This document shows positions 39,911 to 50,212 of a DNA stretch of 64,000 nt, piece after piece. The DNA comes from Minisyncoccota bacterium. Lineage in GTDB: Bacteria; Patescibacteriota; Minisyncoccia; Phycocordibacterales; SW-6-46-9. The position numbers and the translations under genes were made by a program. The stretch spans positions 365 through 64,364 of the forward strand of contig JBBDUG010000033.1 of assembly GCA_040904025.1 (NCBI GenBank), in the 5' to 3' direction. How positions within the stretch are numbered: position 1 is the stretch's first letter; the number at the start of each line of letters is the position of its first letter. The notes below the pieces were generated by a model. It searched no databases. It was given only the letters and a program-made list of their open reading frames with translations, and was not told the origin of the DNA.

Positions 39911-40918
39911 ATGACACAAAAGATAGATTTTCTTTCAGTAGGTGATATTACAACAGACGCATTCGTGGACATCGATGATGCTCGAATCGATACAGATAAA
40001 GATGAGGGCGACAAAGGATTCGAAGAAATCTGTTTCAGATTCGGTGATAAGATAGAATACGAAGATTTAACCCTTGTCTCCGCCGTCGGAAATGCACCTA
40101 ACGCAGCAGTCTCTGCACATCGACTCGGACTTAAAACTGGGCTCCTCACAAATCTCGGAGATGATACATATGGACAAAAATGTGTTGAGACACTAAAAGA
40201 GGAAGGTATCTCAGATGAATATATACAAGTGCACGAAGGAAAATCTTCAAATTTCCATATCGTTCTTCGCTTTGGACCTGAGCGTACAATATTGGTAAAG
40301 CATGAGGTATATCCATATTCTCTCCCAGAGGACATGGATCATCCAGAATGGATATATCTTTCTTCTCTTGGGTCCACATCTCTCGAACATCACCACGAGA
40401 TCGCACAATACCTAAAAGAACACGATGAGATAAAATTTGCATTCCAACCGGGGACATTCCAAATGGAGCTCGGGTATGAAAAACTCAAAGATGTATACGA
40501 AGTATCCACTGTCTTCTTTGCAAACAAGGAAGAATATCAGCGTATTCTTGAAACTGACGAGGGAGATATTCCAACTCTTCTTGAGACTATGCATGAACGC
40601 GGACCAAAAATAGCTGTTCTCACTGACGGACCAAATGGTGCATATACATATGACGGTTCCGAAAAATGGTCGATCCCCATGTATCCGGATCCCAAGCCCC
40701 CTGTTGATAGAACAGGAGCAGGAGACTCTTTCTCTTCAACCTTCACCACCGCACTTGCACTCGGGAATGATATCCCAACTGCACTCTCGTGGGGACCGAT
40801 AAATTCAATGTCGGTAGTGCAGTATATTGGAGCACAAGAAGGACTTCTTACCCGAGAAAAACTCGAGGAATATCTCCAAAACGCTCCTGAGGACTACACT
40901 CCACAAAAACTCTCTTAG
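39911..40918 (+). CDS. PfkB-family carbohydrate/nucleoside kinase
   Basis: N-terminal GG-like region (LSVGDITTDAFV), C-terminal TGAGDSF (anion-hole GAGD motif). Confidence 0.7.
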   Translation: MTQKIDFLSVGDITTDAFVDIDDARIDTDKDEGDKGFEEICFRFGDKIEYEDLTLVSAVGNAPNAAVSAHRLGLKTGLLTNLGDDTYGQKCVETLKEEGISDEYIQVHEGKSSNFHIVLRFGPERTILVKHEVYPYSLPEDMDHPEWIYLSSLGSTSLEHHHEIAQYLKEHDEIKFAFQPGTFQMELGYEKLKDVYEVSTVFFANKEEYQRILETDEGDIPTLLETMHERGPKIAVLTDGPNGAYTYDGSEKWSIPMYPDPKPPVDRTGAGDSFSSTFTTALALGNDIPTALSWGPINSMSVVQYIGAQEGLLTREKLEEYLQNAPEDYTPQKLS

Positions 40919-42792
40919 ATATCTAATATCTCTAAATGAGATGGGAGTTCCTTCATCTGACTAATGAAGTTCTTTCTCTCTTCTCCTGTCTCTGGTAATT
41001 CTCCATGTTCGATAAGGTGGTTGGCAAGAAAAAGCCACGATATTACCCCCGCCATGGTAAATACATCACGACGTGCAAATTTCTGAGCAGATGTACTCAT
41101 ACGATCATAGAGGGCCTCATCGGTAAGGAGATCAAGAAGATGTTTCCCTACTGACTCTGTATCCCCTATCTCTTCAACTACAAAACCAGTTACCCCACCC
41201 TTCATCTGAAGAGGGATACCCCCTGCGTTATATGAGATAAGGGGTTTTCCTTTCATAAGAGCTTCTGTCACTTTAACTTCAAAGCCTTCACGATGTGAGA
41301 GTTGCAAGGCAACCTTGCTACCACACATTAATACGTTGAGAAGTTGATCAATATGCGGGAGACGTGCCACCTTCACATCCTCTGCCAATTCTTCATATTC
41401 ACTCTCCAACAACTCCATCACTAAATTGTATATTGGAATACCATCAGGATCATCAACAGATCCATGGCCGACAATAACAAGTTGTGGTTTCTCTCCCTCT
41501 TCGAACTCTCTATACACATCACTAAACGCCTCTAAGACATCTGGGATTCCTTTGGAGGGATCGAAACGGGCAACCTGGATGACATACGGACGAGAATGAT
41601 CAAGTGGTTTTTGATTTGCCTCAATGAGTATTTTGTCAAAAAGCTTGAAGTAATACTCCATATCTTCATCAGAAAGTGGCTTGTTGAGTCCATCGAGAGG
41701 ATCAGTGGTTGGCGGAGTCAGTATCACATCATCTTTCTGGACATTTTCCGGCACAAAATCTGGGATTGGATGAGAAACGAAAAGATCAGCTTGCTGTGCA
41801 AATTTCCAAATGAAATTCCACACACGATTCTGTGGAGTACCGCTTACATCTGTTAACTCAGAGACAATTTGAATATGTGAACGATATATTATTTTCGCAT
41901 CTGGATTCTTTTCCTTAATGAAGGGGATAAGTCCGGAGGGCTGAGGATCATCAACAACAATAACATCTGCATCTGTAATAGTATCCTCAAGTAACTCAGC
42001 ATTCTCTCGCATCCACCCTTGATAGACTTCTATATCTCTTTCTGTTAGCTCTGTTCCATTCTTAGCCACTCCTTGCAGTACATTATGGAATTTAGTTTTT
42101 GTGATCAGAAATGCATCCGCTCGTTCTTCAAGAACGTGCCATGATGCATCTACACCCCATAAATGGAGTAGTCGTATATGAGCATGGCGCATGAGAGCAA
42201 CACCACCTCCCCGTGGAGTTGCTGAGATGAAACGAATCTTCTTTCCTTTAAACTTCTCTGTAAGTGTATCCAACGCCTCTATTTCTTCCGGGGTTGAGAT
42301 AGATTCGTATGCTTCCCGAGAGACTAAATCGTGCACAGATACACAGCAATCTTTTTCCACATCCACAACTAGCGTCTCGTCATCTTTAAAATGTTCTCGT
42401 GCATATACCGCAAGACGTGCACAGTTCTCTTCAGAGATCCCGTTTGGCCGTACAAATGTCACAATGTCATTCTCAAGCCAAAGGAGTGAAGCAAGATTGT
42501 GTAAATCTCCTTCTCCCGAGAGCCCCGCTCCAATATATTTAAATCCTTCGTGACTAGCTCTTTTTTTAAGCCACCTGCTTATATATTCAAAATCATCTTC
42601 ACCTGTCGGAACTTTTACATGCAGAGAAACATCCTCTGCACCTCGTTCGGTAACACGAAACTCACCCTTACTGTATCCAATTCCAAGAAATACAGAAATA
42701 GGTATATTGAGAGCCTCGATACGAGCACGAATATCTGATAGGTCTTGAGAAATAGTATCTGGGTGGTCTGGCATATGGTTCCGTTTCATCAA
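40915..42792 (-). CDS. Glycosyltransferase (GT-B, GT4-like) with an N-terminal extension of about 150 aa of unknown function
   Basis: C-terminal glycos_transf_1-like region (VALQLSHREGFEVKVTEALMKGKPLI, E-x7-E). Confidence 0.55.
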   Translation of the reverse strand: MMKRNHMPDHPDTISQDLSDIRARIEALNIPISVFLGIGYSKGEFRVTERGAEDVSLHVKVPTGEDDFEYISRWLKKRASHEGFKYIGAGLSGEGDLHNLASLLWLENDIVTFVRPNGISEENCARLAVYAREHFKDDETLVVDVEKDCCVSVHDLVSREAYESISTPEEIEALDTLTEKFKGKKIRFISATPRGGGVALMRHAHIRLLHLWGVDASWHVLEERADAFLITKTKFHNVLQGVAKNGTELTERDIEVYQGWMRENAELLEDTITDADVIVVDDPQPSGLIPFIKEKNPDAKIIYRSHIQIVSELTDVSGTPQNRVWNFIWKFAQQADLFVSHPIPDFVPENVQKDDVILTPPTTDPLDGLNKPLSDEDMEYYFKLFDKILIEANQKPLDHSRPYVIQVARFDPSKGIPDVLEAFSDVYREFEEGEKPQLVIVGHGSVDDPDGIPIYNLVMELLESEYEELAEDVKVARLPHIDQLLNVLMCGSKVALQLSHREGFEVKVTEALMKGKPLISYNAGGIPLQMKGGVTGFVVEEIGDTESVGKHLLDLLTDEALYDRMSTSAQKFARRDVFTMAGVISWLFLANHLIEHGELPETGEERKNFISQMKELPSHLEILDI

Positions 42793-42850
42793 CTACTATA
42801 TTTTTATCCTACCACATTCATAAGGATGTCAATGGAGTATATAGGGAAAA

Positions 42851-43303
42851 TCAAACCTTCCTTTCATACATCTCATTGCTCTTAAAACACTTAATTGTTC
42901 CCTTACAAGGTCCCCAGAGACCGTCCGGCATTTCATCCAAATCTCTCCAATGCCACCCTTCTATTTTATGAGGCTCTTTTACTTCAAGTTCACCTGAAAA
43001 GTCTTCGCATAAAAAGTTGACCGTAATCCAATGCTCATGACCTGCTCCATCAAAATCATCAATGAGTCCAATAAAGGAAAGAGAGTTTACTTTAAGACCA
43101 GTCTCTTCATACATCTCTCGTACTGCAGCATCATGGCAGGTCTCCCCATAGTCAACAGCGCCCCCGGGAAATGTCCAGGATTCAGTCTTTTCTTTTCGCG
43201 CCTTTCTATGACCAAGGAGTACAGAGTTTCCTTTTTTTATCATGATTCCTACACCTACTCGAACCTGACCCCCTTTTTGTTTATTCATATTATTTTCTCT
43301 CAA
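42851..43303 (-). CDS. Nudix hydrolase
   Basis: Nudix box GGAVDYGETCHDAAVREMYEETGL. Confidence 0.8.
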   Translation of the reverse strand: MRENNMNKQKGGQVRVGVGIMIKKGNSVLLGHRKARKEKTESWTFPGGAVDYGETCHDAAVREMYEETGLKVNSLSFIGLIDDFDGAGHEHWITVNFLCEDFSGELEVKEPHKIEGWHWRDLDEMPDGLWGPCKGTIKCFKSNEMYERKV

Positions 43304-44279
43304 TTACCCGCTTCACTGCCTTTTTGATATCTTCAACCCCCATTCCATATTTTTCAATGAGTTCGTCTGGTTGTCCCGATTGTCCAAACCTATCCTCAAC
43401 TCCCACAAACTCCTGAGGAACAGGGTTATTCCGTACCAACACTTCTGCAACAGCAGATCCCATACCACCAGCAATCTGATGTTCCTCAACGGTAACAACC
43501 GCACCCGCTCGCTGTGCTTCACGAATCACCGCCCCTTCATCGATTGGCTTAATTGTATGATTATTCAATACGTTCACCTTAATCCCCTCTTCCTCAAGCT
43601 CTTTTGCGGCAACAAGTGAATTGTGTACTAAAATTCCGCAGGCAATAATGGAGGCTTCGGGCTTATCGCTCTCCCAAAGAAGATTTGCCTTCCCAAGTTC
43701 AAGGGGAGAATCTTTCGTAGTTACCATCGGCGTCTTCGACCGCCCCATACGAATATAGACAGGTTCATCAATCTTCACCGCTGCATGTACTATCTTTCGA
43801 ACCTCTTCCATGTCACAACCAACCATCACATTCATATTCGGCTGAACCCGCATAAGGGCGATGTCTTCAAGTGCCTGATGTGTTGCACCGTCTGGACCCA
43901 CTGAGACACCCGCATGACAACCCACAATCTTTACCGGTACTTCATTTAAAGAAATAGTGGTACGAATCTGCTCATTATTTCTCCCCGGAGAAAATGCTGC
44001 ATATGAAGCGATAAAGGGGATTTTGCCGTAGTTGGCCATACCTGAGGCAACTGTTGCCATGTTCTGCTCGGCAACTCCTAATTCAATATATCGATCAGGA
44101 TATTTCTCTTTAAACCAATGAGTCCGTGTTGACTCCGCAAGATCAGCACAGAGCGCAACAACCTGATCATTTTCATCAGCAACTTCAACTAACCCCTTAC
44201 CGTATCCATCACGCGTGTATTCACGCGCAACATCCTCTGAAAATATATCCGGATTTAATTTTTGTGATTCTACAATCAT
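43290..44279 (-). CDS. Transketolase, C-terminal subunit (pyrimidine-binding and C-terminal domains)
   Basis: Transket_pyr-like region (GVAEQNMATVASGMA) and the C-terminal domain. Encoded as a separate gene. Confidence 0.8.
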   Translation of the reverse strand: MIVESQKLNPDIFSEDVAREYTRDGYGKGLVEVADENDQVVALCADLAESTRTHWFKEKYPDRYIELGVAEQNMATVASGMANYGKIPFIASYAAFSPGRNNEQIRTTISLNEVPVKIVGCHAGVSVGPDGATHQALEDIALMRVQPNMNVMVGCDMEEVRKIVHAAVKIDEPVYIRMGRSKTPMVTTKDSPLELGKANLLWESDKPEASIIACGILVHNSLVAAKELEEEGIKVNVLNNHTIKPIDEGAVIREAQRAGAVVTVEEHQIAGGMGSAVAEVLVRNNPVPQEFVGVEDRFGQSGQPDELIEKYGMGVEDIKKAVKRVIERK

Positions 44280-44284
44280 AATTA

Positions 44285-44560
44285 TTACTCTTTATTTTCC
44301 ATCCGCTTTTTTGCCTCTTCGATCACCTCCTTTGCTTTTTCTTCACCAACTGCCTCCTTCAGAGCTTCAATCGCAGACTCAATCTTATCCGCACTTTCCT
44401 TATTCTCAAAAACAAAGTGAATAAAACCAATCTGATCTTCTTTATTCATCTGCTCTAAAAAATTAGATGGTGTGTCTCGAGTATTCTTATCAAAATCTTT
44501 CTGTTTTTCTTCTTCAGACATCTCTTCAGGTTTTGGCCATTGTAGTGCTCCTTCTTTCAT
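44285..44560 (-). CDS. Small acidic hypothetical protein (91 aa) located between the two transketolase subunit genes
   Basis: ORF with tight spacing (5 nt and 17 nt) to the flanking tkt halves. Confidence 0.4.
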   Translation of the reverse strand: MKEGALQWPKPEEMSEEEKQKDFDKNTRDTPSNFLEQMNKEDQIGFIHFVFENKESADKIESAIEALKEAVGEEKAKEVIEEAKKRMENKE

Positions 44561-44577
44561 GATCTTTAAAATTATTG

Positions 44578-45441
44578 TTAATCACTATGCGGCGCCTCAA
44601 TATCACCCTGGAGCGTCCGCAGCTCTTTAAGCCACTTCTGCTCTTCTTCCGTTGACGGCGGCTTGCCGTGCCAATGATAGTCAAACTCAATCTCTTTAAT
44701 TCCCTTTCCGGGAATAGTATGCGCCAAGATTAATGTTGGCTTCTCATACACCGCCTTTACCTCATCAATGGCATCTACAAACTCTTCGATATTGTGTCCA
44801 TTCACCTCCATAACATGCCAATTAAATGCCTCATACTTCTCTCGCATTGGCTCGAGTGGCATGACATTTTCTGTCATTCCATTGATCTGAATATTATTAC
44901 GATCCATTACAGCAGTTAGGTTCGATAACTTATTCGCACCCGCAAACATAGCAGCTTCCCAGGTATTCCCTGCCTGCTGCTCACCATCGGACATCAAACA
45001 ATAGGTACGAAAGTCTCTATCATCCATACGGGCAGCATACGCCATTCCCGCCGCCTGTCCGAGACCGGATCCAAGAGGTCCAGAAGTCGTCTCAACCGCA
45101 GGAAGTCTCATTCGCTCGGGATGCCCCTGTAGTCTTGACCCAAAAGAACGCAGAGTCTTTGTCTCTTCGATGGGGAAATACCCAGCATGTGCCATGGTGG
45201 CATATCGCACAGGAGTGATGTGTCCATTAGAGAGCACTAATCGATCTCGCTCATCCCACATGGGATCATCCGGCTTATGATTGAGTATATGAAAATAGAA
45301 GGCGGTAAATATGTCGGTCATGCCCAAAGGTCCCGCGGTATGTCCGGAACCAGCATCCTCAAGCATATCGATAATAGTCTGGCGAATTTCATTCGCCTTT
45401 TTCTCAAGCTCTTTTACCTTTTCTTCAGAAATTGTTGTCAT
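44578..45441 (-). CDS. Transketolase, N-terminal subunit (TPP-binding domain)
   Basis: GHTAGPLGMTD, SDGEQQAGNTWEA (GDG-like TPP motif). Confidence 0.8.
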   Translation of the reverse strand: MTTISEEKVKELEKKANEIRQTIIDMLEDAGSGHTAGPLGMTDIFTAFYFHILNHKPDDPMWDERDRLVLSNGHITPVRYATMAHAGYFPIEETKTLRSFGSRLQGHPERMRLPAVETTSGPLGSGLGQAAGMAYAARMDDRDFRTYCLMSDGEQQAGNTWEAAMFAGANKLSNLTAVMDRNNIQINGMTENVMPLEPMREKYEAFNWHVMEVNGHNIEEFVDAIDEVKAVYEKPTLILAHTIPGKGIKEIEFDYHWHGKPPSTEEEQKWLKELRTLQGDIEAPHSD

Positions 45442-46131
45442 TTATTCTCCTCTTAGATTACGTATCGCCTCTGACATATCCATACTATCAAAAATATAAG
45501 AACCCGATACCAGCTTATTCACACCAACCTCAATTAGATCGGGAGCTGTATCACCATCAACACCGATATCAACGGCAATATCCATACCCGGATAGTGCTC
45601 TCGTAATGTTTCTGCCCTGTCAAACACTCGTTCATCAAGATCAACTCCATGATATCCAATCTTGTCATTCCCCATTAGCTGAACAAAATCACTCATCTCA
45701 ATCAATGATTCATCAATATCATCGGAAGGACGAAAAGCAACCCCCAATACAACAGCAGATTCCCTGCATTTCTTTTGTATCTCCTCAAACTTCTCAGTGC
45801 TTGCTGCATGAACAATGCAGGAGGTAGCACCTGCTTTTATCCAGTCATCTATATGATGCTCTGGATATGCAGTCATCATATCAATCTCAAAATCAAATGT
45901 ATCCCAATACGGAAATCCTCTCTCTTGAGCTATTATTCGATCGAATTCTGCATCTTGTGCAGAATACGGCCAACTTTTTGTTGGTGCATACGCGCCATCC
46001 ATAACATCAATTTGCACGATAGTAGGAATCCCGAGTGCTTCTCGCACGTCATCTTGCGCCAAACGGGATAAGTGCCCCTCAAGATCATGGAGGTCTTCTG
46101 GAATTATTGCGGGTATGACGTATGTATTCAT
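45442..46131 (-). CDS. rpe: Ribulose-phosphate 3-epimerase-like (divergent)
   Basis: IVQIDVMDGAYAPTKSWP aligns to the Rpe HVDVMDGHFVPN motif. The adjacent pentose-phosphate context (rpiB, tkt) supports the call. Confidence 0.5.
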   Translation of the reverse strand: MNTYVIPAIIPEDLHDLEGHLSRLAQDDVREALGIPTIVQIDVMDGAYAPTKSWPYSAQDAEFDRIIAQERGFPYWDTFDFEIDMMTAYPEHHIDDWIKAGATSCIVHAASTEKFEEIQKKCRESAVVLGVAFRPSDDIDESLIEMSDFVQLMGNDKIGYHGVDLDERVFDRAETLREHYPGMDIAVDIGVDGDTAPDLIEVGVNKLVSGSYIFDSMDMSEAIRNLRGE

Positions 46132-46132
46132 T

Positions 46133-46582
46133 TTAGTTATATTCCTCTATCTTCTTAATCCGCCTCTCATGCCGCTCTTCTTCAGAGAAATCATATTCCA
46201 ACCACTTCAATACAACTTTCTTTGCCTCTTCTTCAGAGACAAAGCCTGCTCCGATTGAAAGCACATTCGCATTATTATCAACTCGCGAAAGCTTCACAAC
46301 CTCATCATCTCCACCATAGAATACAGCTGCCCGTACTCCTCGTACCCGATTAGCTGCCATCGCCTCTCCCTGCCCCGACCGACCGAGAACGATCCCTTGA
46401 TTAGAAAAGGGGTCTTTTGAGACTGCCTCAGCTACAGGAAGGATAAAGTCGGGGTAGTCATCGCTGGGGTCATGTTCATATGCCCCCATGTCTTCAACCT
46501 CAAACCCCTCACTGCCCAAAAACGCAATGAGTTTCTCTTTTAATTCATACCCTCTATGATCTGCTCCGATGTATATGGTCAT
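46133..46582 (-). CDS. rpiB: Ribose-5-phosphate isomerase B
   Basis: MTIYIGADHRGYELKEKLIAFL is the typical RpiB/LacAB N-terminus. Confidence 0.8.
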   Translation of the reverse strand: MTIYIGADHRGYELKEKLIAFLGSEGFEVEDMGAYEHDPSDDYPDFILPVAEAVSKDPFSNQGIVLGRSGQGEAMAANRVRGVRAAVFYGGDDEVVKLSRVDNNANVLSIGAGFVSEEEAKKVVLKWLEYDFSEEERHERRIKKIEEYN

Positions 46583-46594
46583 ATGTATATAATA

Positions 46595-48241
46595 CTACTC
46601 CTTAACAATATGTTCTTGTATGTATTCCACTGATCCCCCCACCTTTTTCCCGGGATTAAATATCCCCTGCGGATCAAATATCTTCTTAACTTCTTTGAAT
46701 AATTCATACATATCCTCTCCAAACATCTTTCGCACATATGGTGTACGGATAATGCCATCATTATGCTCTGCGGTAATAGAGCCATCATATTCTATGACAA
46801 GATCATAGAACATATCAGCTACCTTAGTAATCTTTTCTCGTTCTCGTTTTCGAGAAAGATCCATCAGAGGAATGATGTGGAAGTTACCATTCCCCGCATG
46901 TCCGGTAATATTGGCGCGTATCCCGTGCTCTTGCAGTATTGAGAGTGCTTTTGGTAAGAACTCGGGTATTCGCTCCGGCACTACACAAAAGTCCTCTACA
47001 AACGGTGCTGTGCGCTTCCCGTGTACATGATGTCGGAGAAGGTTAAAAGATTCCCGACGCATAACCCAATATTTTTCCATTTCAGTCTCTTCGCGCAGTA
47101 CACGATATTTAAGATCAAATGATGTAAGTGCGGCTTCAATCTTCTCAGTTTTTTCATCAAGCTTTGCGATACTCTCCTCTTCAAGCTCGACAAGTACCAC
47201 GAGTTTCGGAATACCACCCATAGAGAACCCTATCTTTATCTCCGGCAGAAAGTCCTTGAGAAAAGAGAAGAAATTGCTTCCCGCCGCTTTTGCAATCTCT
47301 GGCATAAAGCGAAGCCCCAATTTCATTGTCGCATCATCAAAGGTCTCAAGTGACATTGGTTCATACGGCAATACCGCATTCACAACATCGGGGAGAGACT
47401 CCCAACTTTTAAAGAAAAGTGCAATGAGACGTTTCTCCGGCAGTTCATTTACAAGACGGATCTTTGCCCCCACAAGCATTCCAAGTGTCCCCTGTGAACC
47501 TACAAACAGAGGTGTAAGATCAAAGGTGCCCTCCTGTGGATCATATATATTCCATAGATCATATCCTGAGGAATTCTTTGAAACAGAGGGGCGGTGTTTT
47601 TTGATAAGGTTCTGATTGTCATATACCAGACGATACATACGGGAATATATCTCTCCTTCAAAGGTGCTCTGTGCCATCTTTTCATTGAGCTCACCCTTGC
47701 TCAATTTGCGGATGGTATATTCTTTCCCATCTGCAAGCACCATCCGAAGCTCTTCTACAAAATCCTTCATCTTTCCATACCGAAGCGTCTTCTCTCCCCC
47801 ACAGTTGTTCATGATCATTCCACCAAATGCCGCGATGTTCTTTGATGCGGGATAGACAGGCAAGGAAATATGATCGGGAAGCACTTCTTTCTCAAAAGTG
47901 CGATAGAAAACACCCGGTTCCACCATTGCTTCCAGATTATCCTCATCCACCTCAAGATTTGTGAAATGGGGGGTAAAGCCGAGAATAATTGATTCATTGA
48001 GTGGTCCGCCAGTCATATCCGTTCCAGCGGAACGACCGGTAATGGAGATATTGCGTCCCCGTACCTTTTCCCGATCAACAAATCGAACGATCTCCTGCAC
48101 ATCTTGGGAATGTTTAGGAAACACCACTACTTCAGGTCTCACTTCAAAGAGAGATGTGTCACGCGAATACTCTGCGAGCGTTTTCTCGTCTGTATTCACC
48201 TCTCCTTCTACAATTTTTTCTAATTCCGCTTTAAGCTCCAC
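46595..48241 (-). CDS. FAD-linked oxidase (GlcD / D-lactate dehydrogenase-like)
   Basis: FAD_binding_4 region (ITGRSAGTDMTGGPL) and a C-terminal FAD-oxidase domain. Confidence 0.7.
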   Translation of the reverse strand: MELKAELEKIVEGEVNTDEKTLAEYSRDTSLFEVRPEVVVFPKHSQDVQEIVRFVDREKVRGRNISITGRSAGTDMTGGPLNESIILGFTPHFTNLEVDEDNLEAMVEPGVFYRTFEKEVLPDHISLPVYPASKNIAAFGGMIMNNCGGEKTLRYGKMKDFVEELRMVLADGKEYTIRKLSKGELNEKMAQSTFEGEIYSRMYRLVYDNQNLIKKHRPSVSKNSSGYDLWNIYDPQEGTFDLTPLFVGSQGTLGMLVGAKIRLVNELPEKRLIALFFKSWESLPDVVNAVLPYEPMSLETFDDATMKLGLRFMPEIAKAAGSNFFSFLKDFLPEIKIGFSMGGIPKLVVLVELEEESIAKLDEKTEKIEAALTSFDLKYRVLREETEMEKYWVMRRESFNLLRHHVHGKRTAPFVEDFCVVPERIPEFLPKALSILQEHGIRANITGHAGNGNFHIIPLMDLSRKREREKITKVADMFYDLVIEYDGSITAEHNDGIIRTPYVRKMFGEDMYELFKEVKKIFDPQGIFNPGKKVGGSVEYIQEHIVKE

Positions 48242-48252
48242 AGCATATGTTG

Positions 48253-49269
48253 TTAAATTGACTGTGATGTCTTTATCACATGCTTCACAAGTGTATTGGT
48301 ATATCCCATCTCGTTGTCATACCAGCTAAGCACCTTTACAAGATTCCCACCAACAACACGCGTCATTTGCAAATCGGCAATAGATGCATATGTATTGCCG
48401 ATTATATCGGTAGAGACAATGTCCTCTTCAGTCACAGAAAAGATTCCCTGCCATCGTTCTTCTTCAGCTGCTTTTCGGAGAATATCATTCACTTCTTCTG
48501 CAGTTGTCTCCTTTGAGGTGAGAAATGTAATATCAACAATTGAGCCAACTACAACCGGCACGCGTAAGGAGATACCGTCAAAGGCATCTACACCCTCAAC
48601 CGCCTTTGTTGTTGCAATTGCCGCACCTGTTGAAGATGGCACAATATTCTGTGCTGCTGCACGACCCCGACGCCGTTTCTCATTGGGAGAATCGATAAGA
48701 TTCTGAGAAGCGGTATATCCATGCACAGTATTCAAGAGCGCTTTCTCTATACCAAGAGAATCTCGGATAATGGCCATGAGTGGTCCCGCTGCATTGGTGG
48801 TACACGATGCATTTGCACTAATTGTGCAGGTGGAAAGCTTTTCTTCATTCACCCCCATAAGCACAGTTGCTCCGGGTATATCATCCTGTGGTGCATCTTT
48901 AACTGGGGCAGAGATCACTACTTTCTTCGCACCAGCTTCAATATGCGGACGTGATTTTTCATATCCATCAAATACGCCAGTGGACTCAATCACAACATCA
49001 ATATCCATATCGCCCCACGGTAATTCTCCCGGTTTCGGTTCCGAGAGATATGGGATGGAGTCTCCCCCAACAACAAGTGCTTCATCAGTATGACTCACCT
49101 CTTCCTCATATCTCCCATATACACTGTCATATGAGAGTAGGTAGGCAATATTATCTATCGGTGCCAGATCGTTAATAGCAACGATCTCAAGCTCTTCTTT
49201 TTTCCGAGCGAGCTTGAAAAATGAACGCCCGATACGTCCAAACCCGTTAATTGCAATGCGTGTAGTCAT
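48253..49269 (-). CDS. gap: Glyceraldehyde-3-phosphate dehydrogenase
   Basis: NGFGRIGR Rossmann motif and ASCTTN active-site Cys. Confidence 0.92.
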   Translation of the reverse strand: MTTRIAINGFGRIGRSFFKLARKKEELEIVAINDLAPIDNIAYLLSYDSVYGRYEEEVSHTDEALVVGGDSIPYLSEPKPGELPWGDMDIDVVIESTGVFDGYEKSRPHIEAGAKKVVISAPVKDAPQDDIPGATVLMGVNEEKLSTCTISANASCTTNAAGPLMAIIRDSLGIEKALLNTVHGYTASQNLIDSPNEKRRRGRAAAQNIVPSSTGAAIATTKAVEGVDAFDGISLRVPVVVGSIVDITFLTSKETTAEEVNDILRKAAEEERWQGIFSVTEEDIVSTDIIGNTYASIADLQMTRVVGGNLVKVLSWYDNEMGYTNTLVKHVIKTSQSI

Positions 49270-49333
49270 AAATAGTCTTTTTTAGCTTATTTCTAATATA
49301 CCTCCAGTATATCAAACTACACTCAAATACCAG

Positions 49334-49984
49334 CTATTCGCGCCCATTTTGTATGAGTTGTCCAAGATACGTCTTTTCAAGCAACCAGTTACGTCCATAT
49401 TTGTTGTATAGAACAACAAAGACAATGATGAGTCCGATTGCAAATCCAATAATATTGATAACCTTATCAGGATTCTGGATGGAGTCTCCAAAGAAATATC
49501 CCAACCCAATTATCATCGCACTCCACAACGGTTGTCCGGCAAGAATTGCAAAATACACCCGCTTCACCTTTATCTTTATCGTCCCTGCCGCAATGATAAG
49601 GGCGGTATCGAGTGTTGGAACAGGCAACACCTTAGCTAAAAATAAACTCTCAAAGAAATGTTTATCGATAAATTTTGCAAGATCAGTCTGCTCTCCACTG
49701 TCATTGCGTAATTTCGTCATGATATTGCGGGCAAATTCAAAACGTTCAAGATAATCTGAGCCCCACCATGCCAAGATCAGTACAAATGTATCTGTAAATA
49801 ACCGTACTCCAACATATACACCAAAAACGACGAAAGGATTGAGAACCCCTACCGAAGAGAGGGCACCAGCAATAAATCCAAAGGTCGTCCCCTCAAAAAG
49901 CATTGTGGGGATGAGGATCCAATATCCATATGTGGAAAGCCACATGGCAGCCGAACTCCCCAATACTGTTTCTGCTCCTGTCAT
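49334..49984 (-). CDS. DedA/TVP38-like polytopic membrane protein
   Basis: Multi-TM hydropathy. The family assignment is tentative. Confidence 0.4.
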   Translation of the reverse strand: MTGAETVLGSSAAMWLSTYGYWILIPTMLFEGTTFGFIAGALSSVGVLNPFVVFGVYVGVRLFTDTFVLILAWWGSDYLERFEFARNIMTKLRNDSGEQTDLAKFIDKHFFESLFLAKVLPVPTLDTALIIAAGTIKIKVKRVYFAILAGQPLWSAMIIGLGYFFGDSIQNPDKVINIIGFAIGLIIVFVVLYNKYGRNWLLEKTYLGQLIQNGRE

Positions 49985-50212
49985 ATAATATATCCAGTAT
50001 TGCTACAAATAGACAAAATGGCAAGAAGAAAAAAGGAGACCTCTCCCTCTGCACAGAGAAAGGTCCCCAAGATGTGTCACATAGATATGCATCTACGTCG
50101 CCGGAGTGACACTGAAGTGAACAACGCGACAAAACCCAGGGCCGCATGAGCTATCTAGATTATAGCACCCCACCCCTCTTATATTATCCACACATATGAT
50201 ACTATCACTGCA

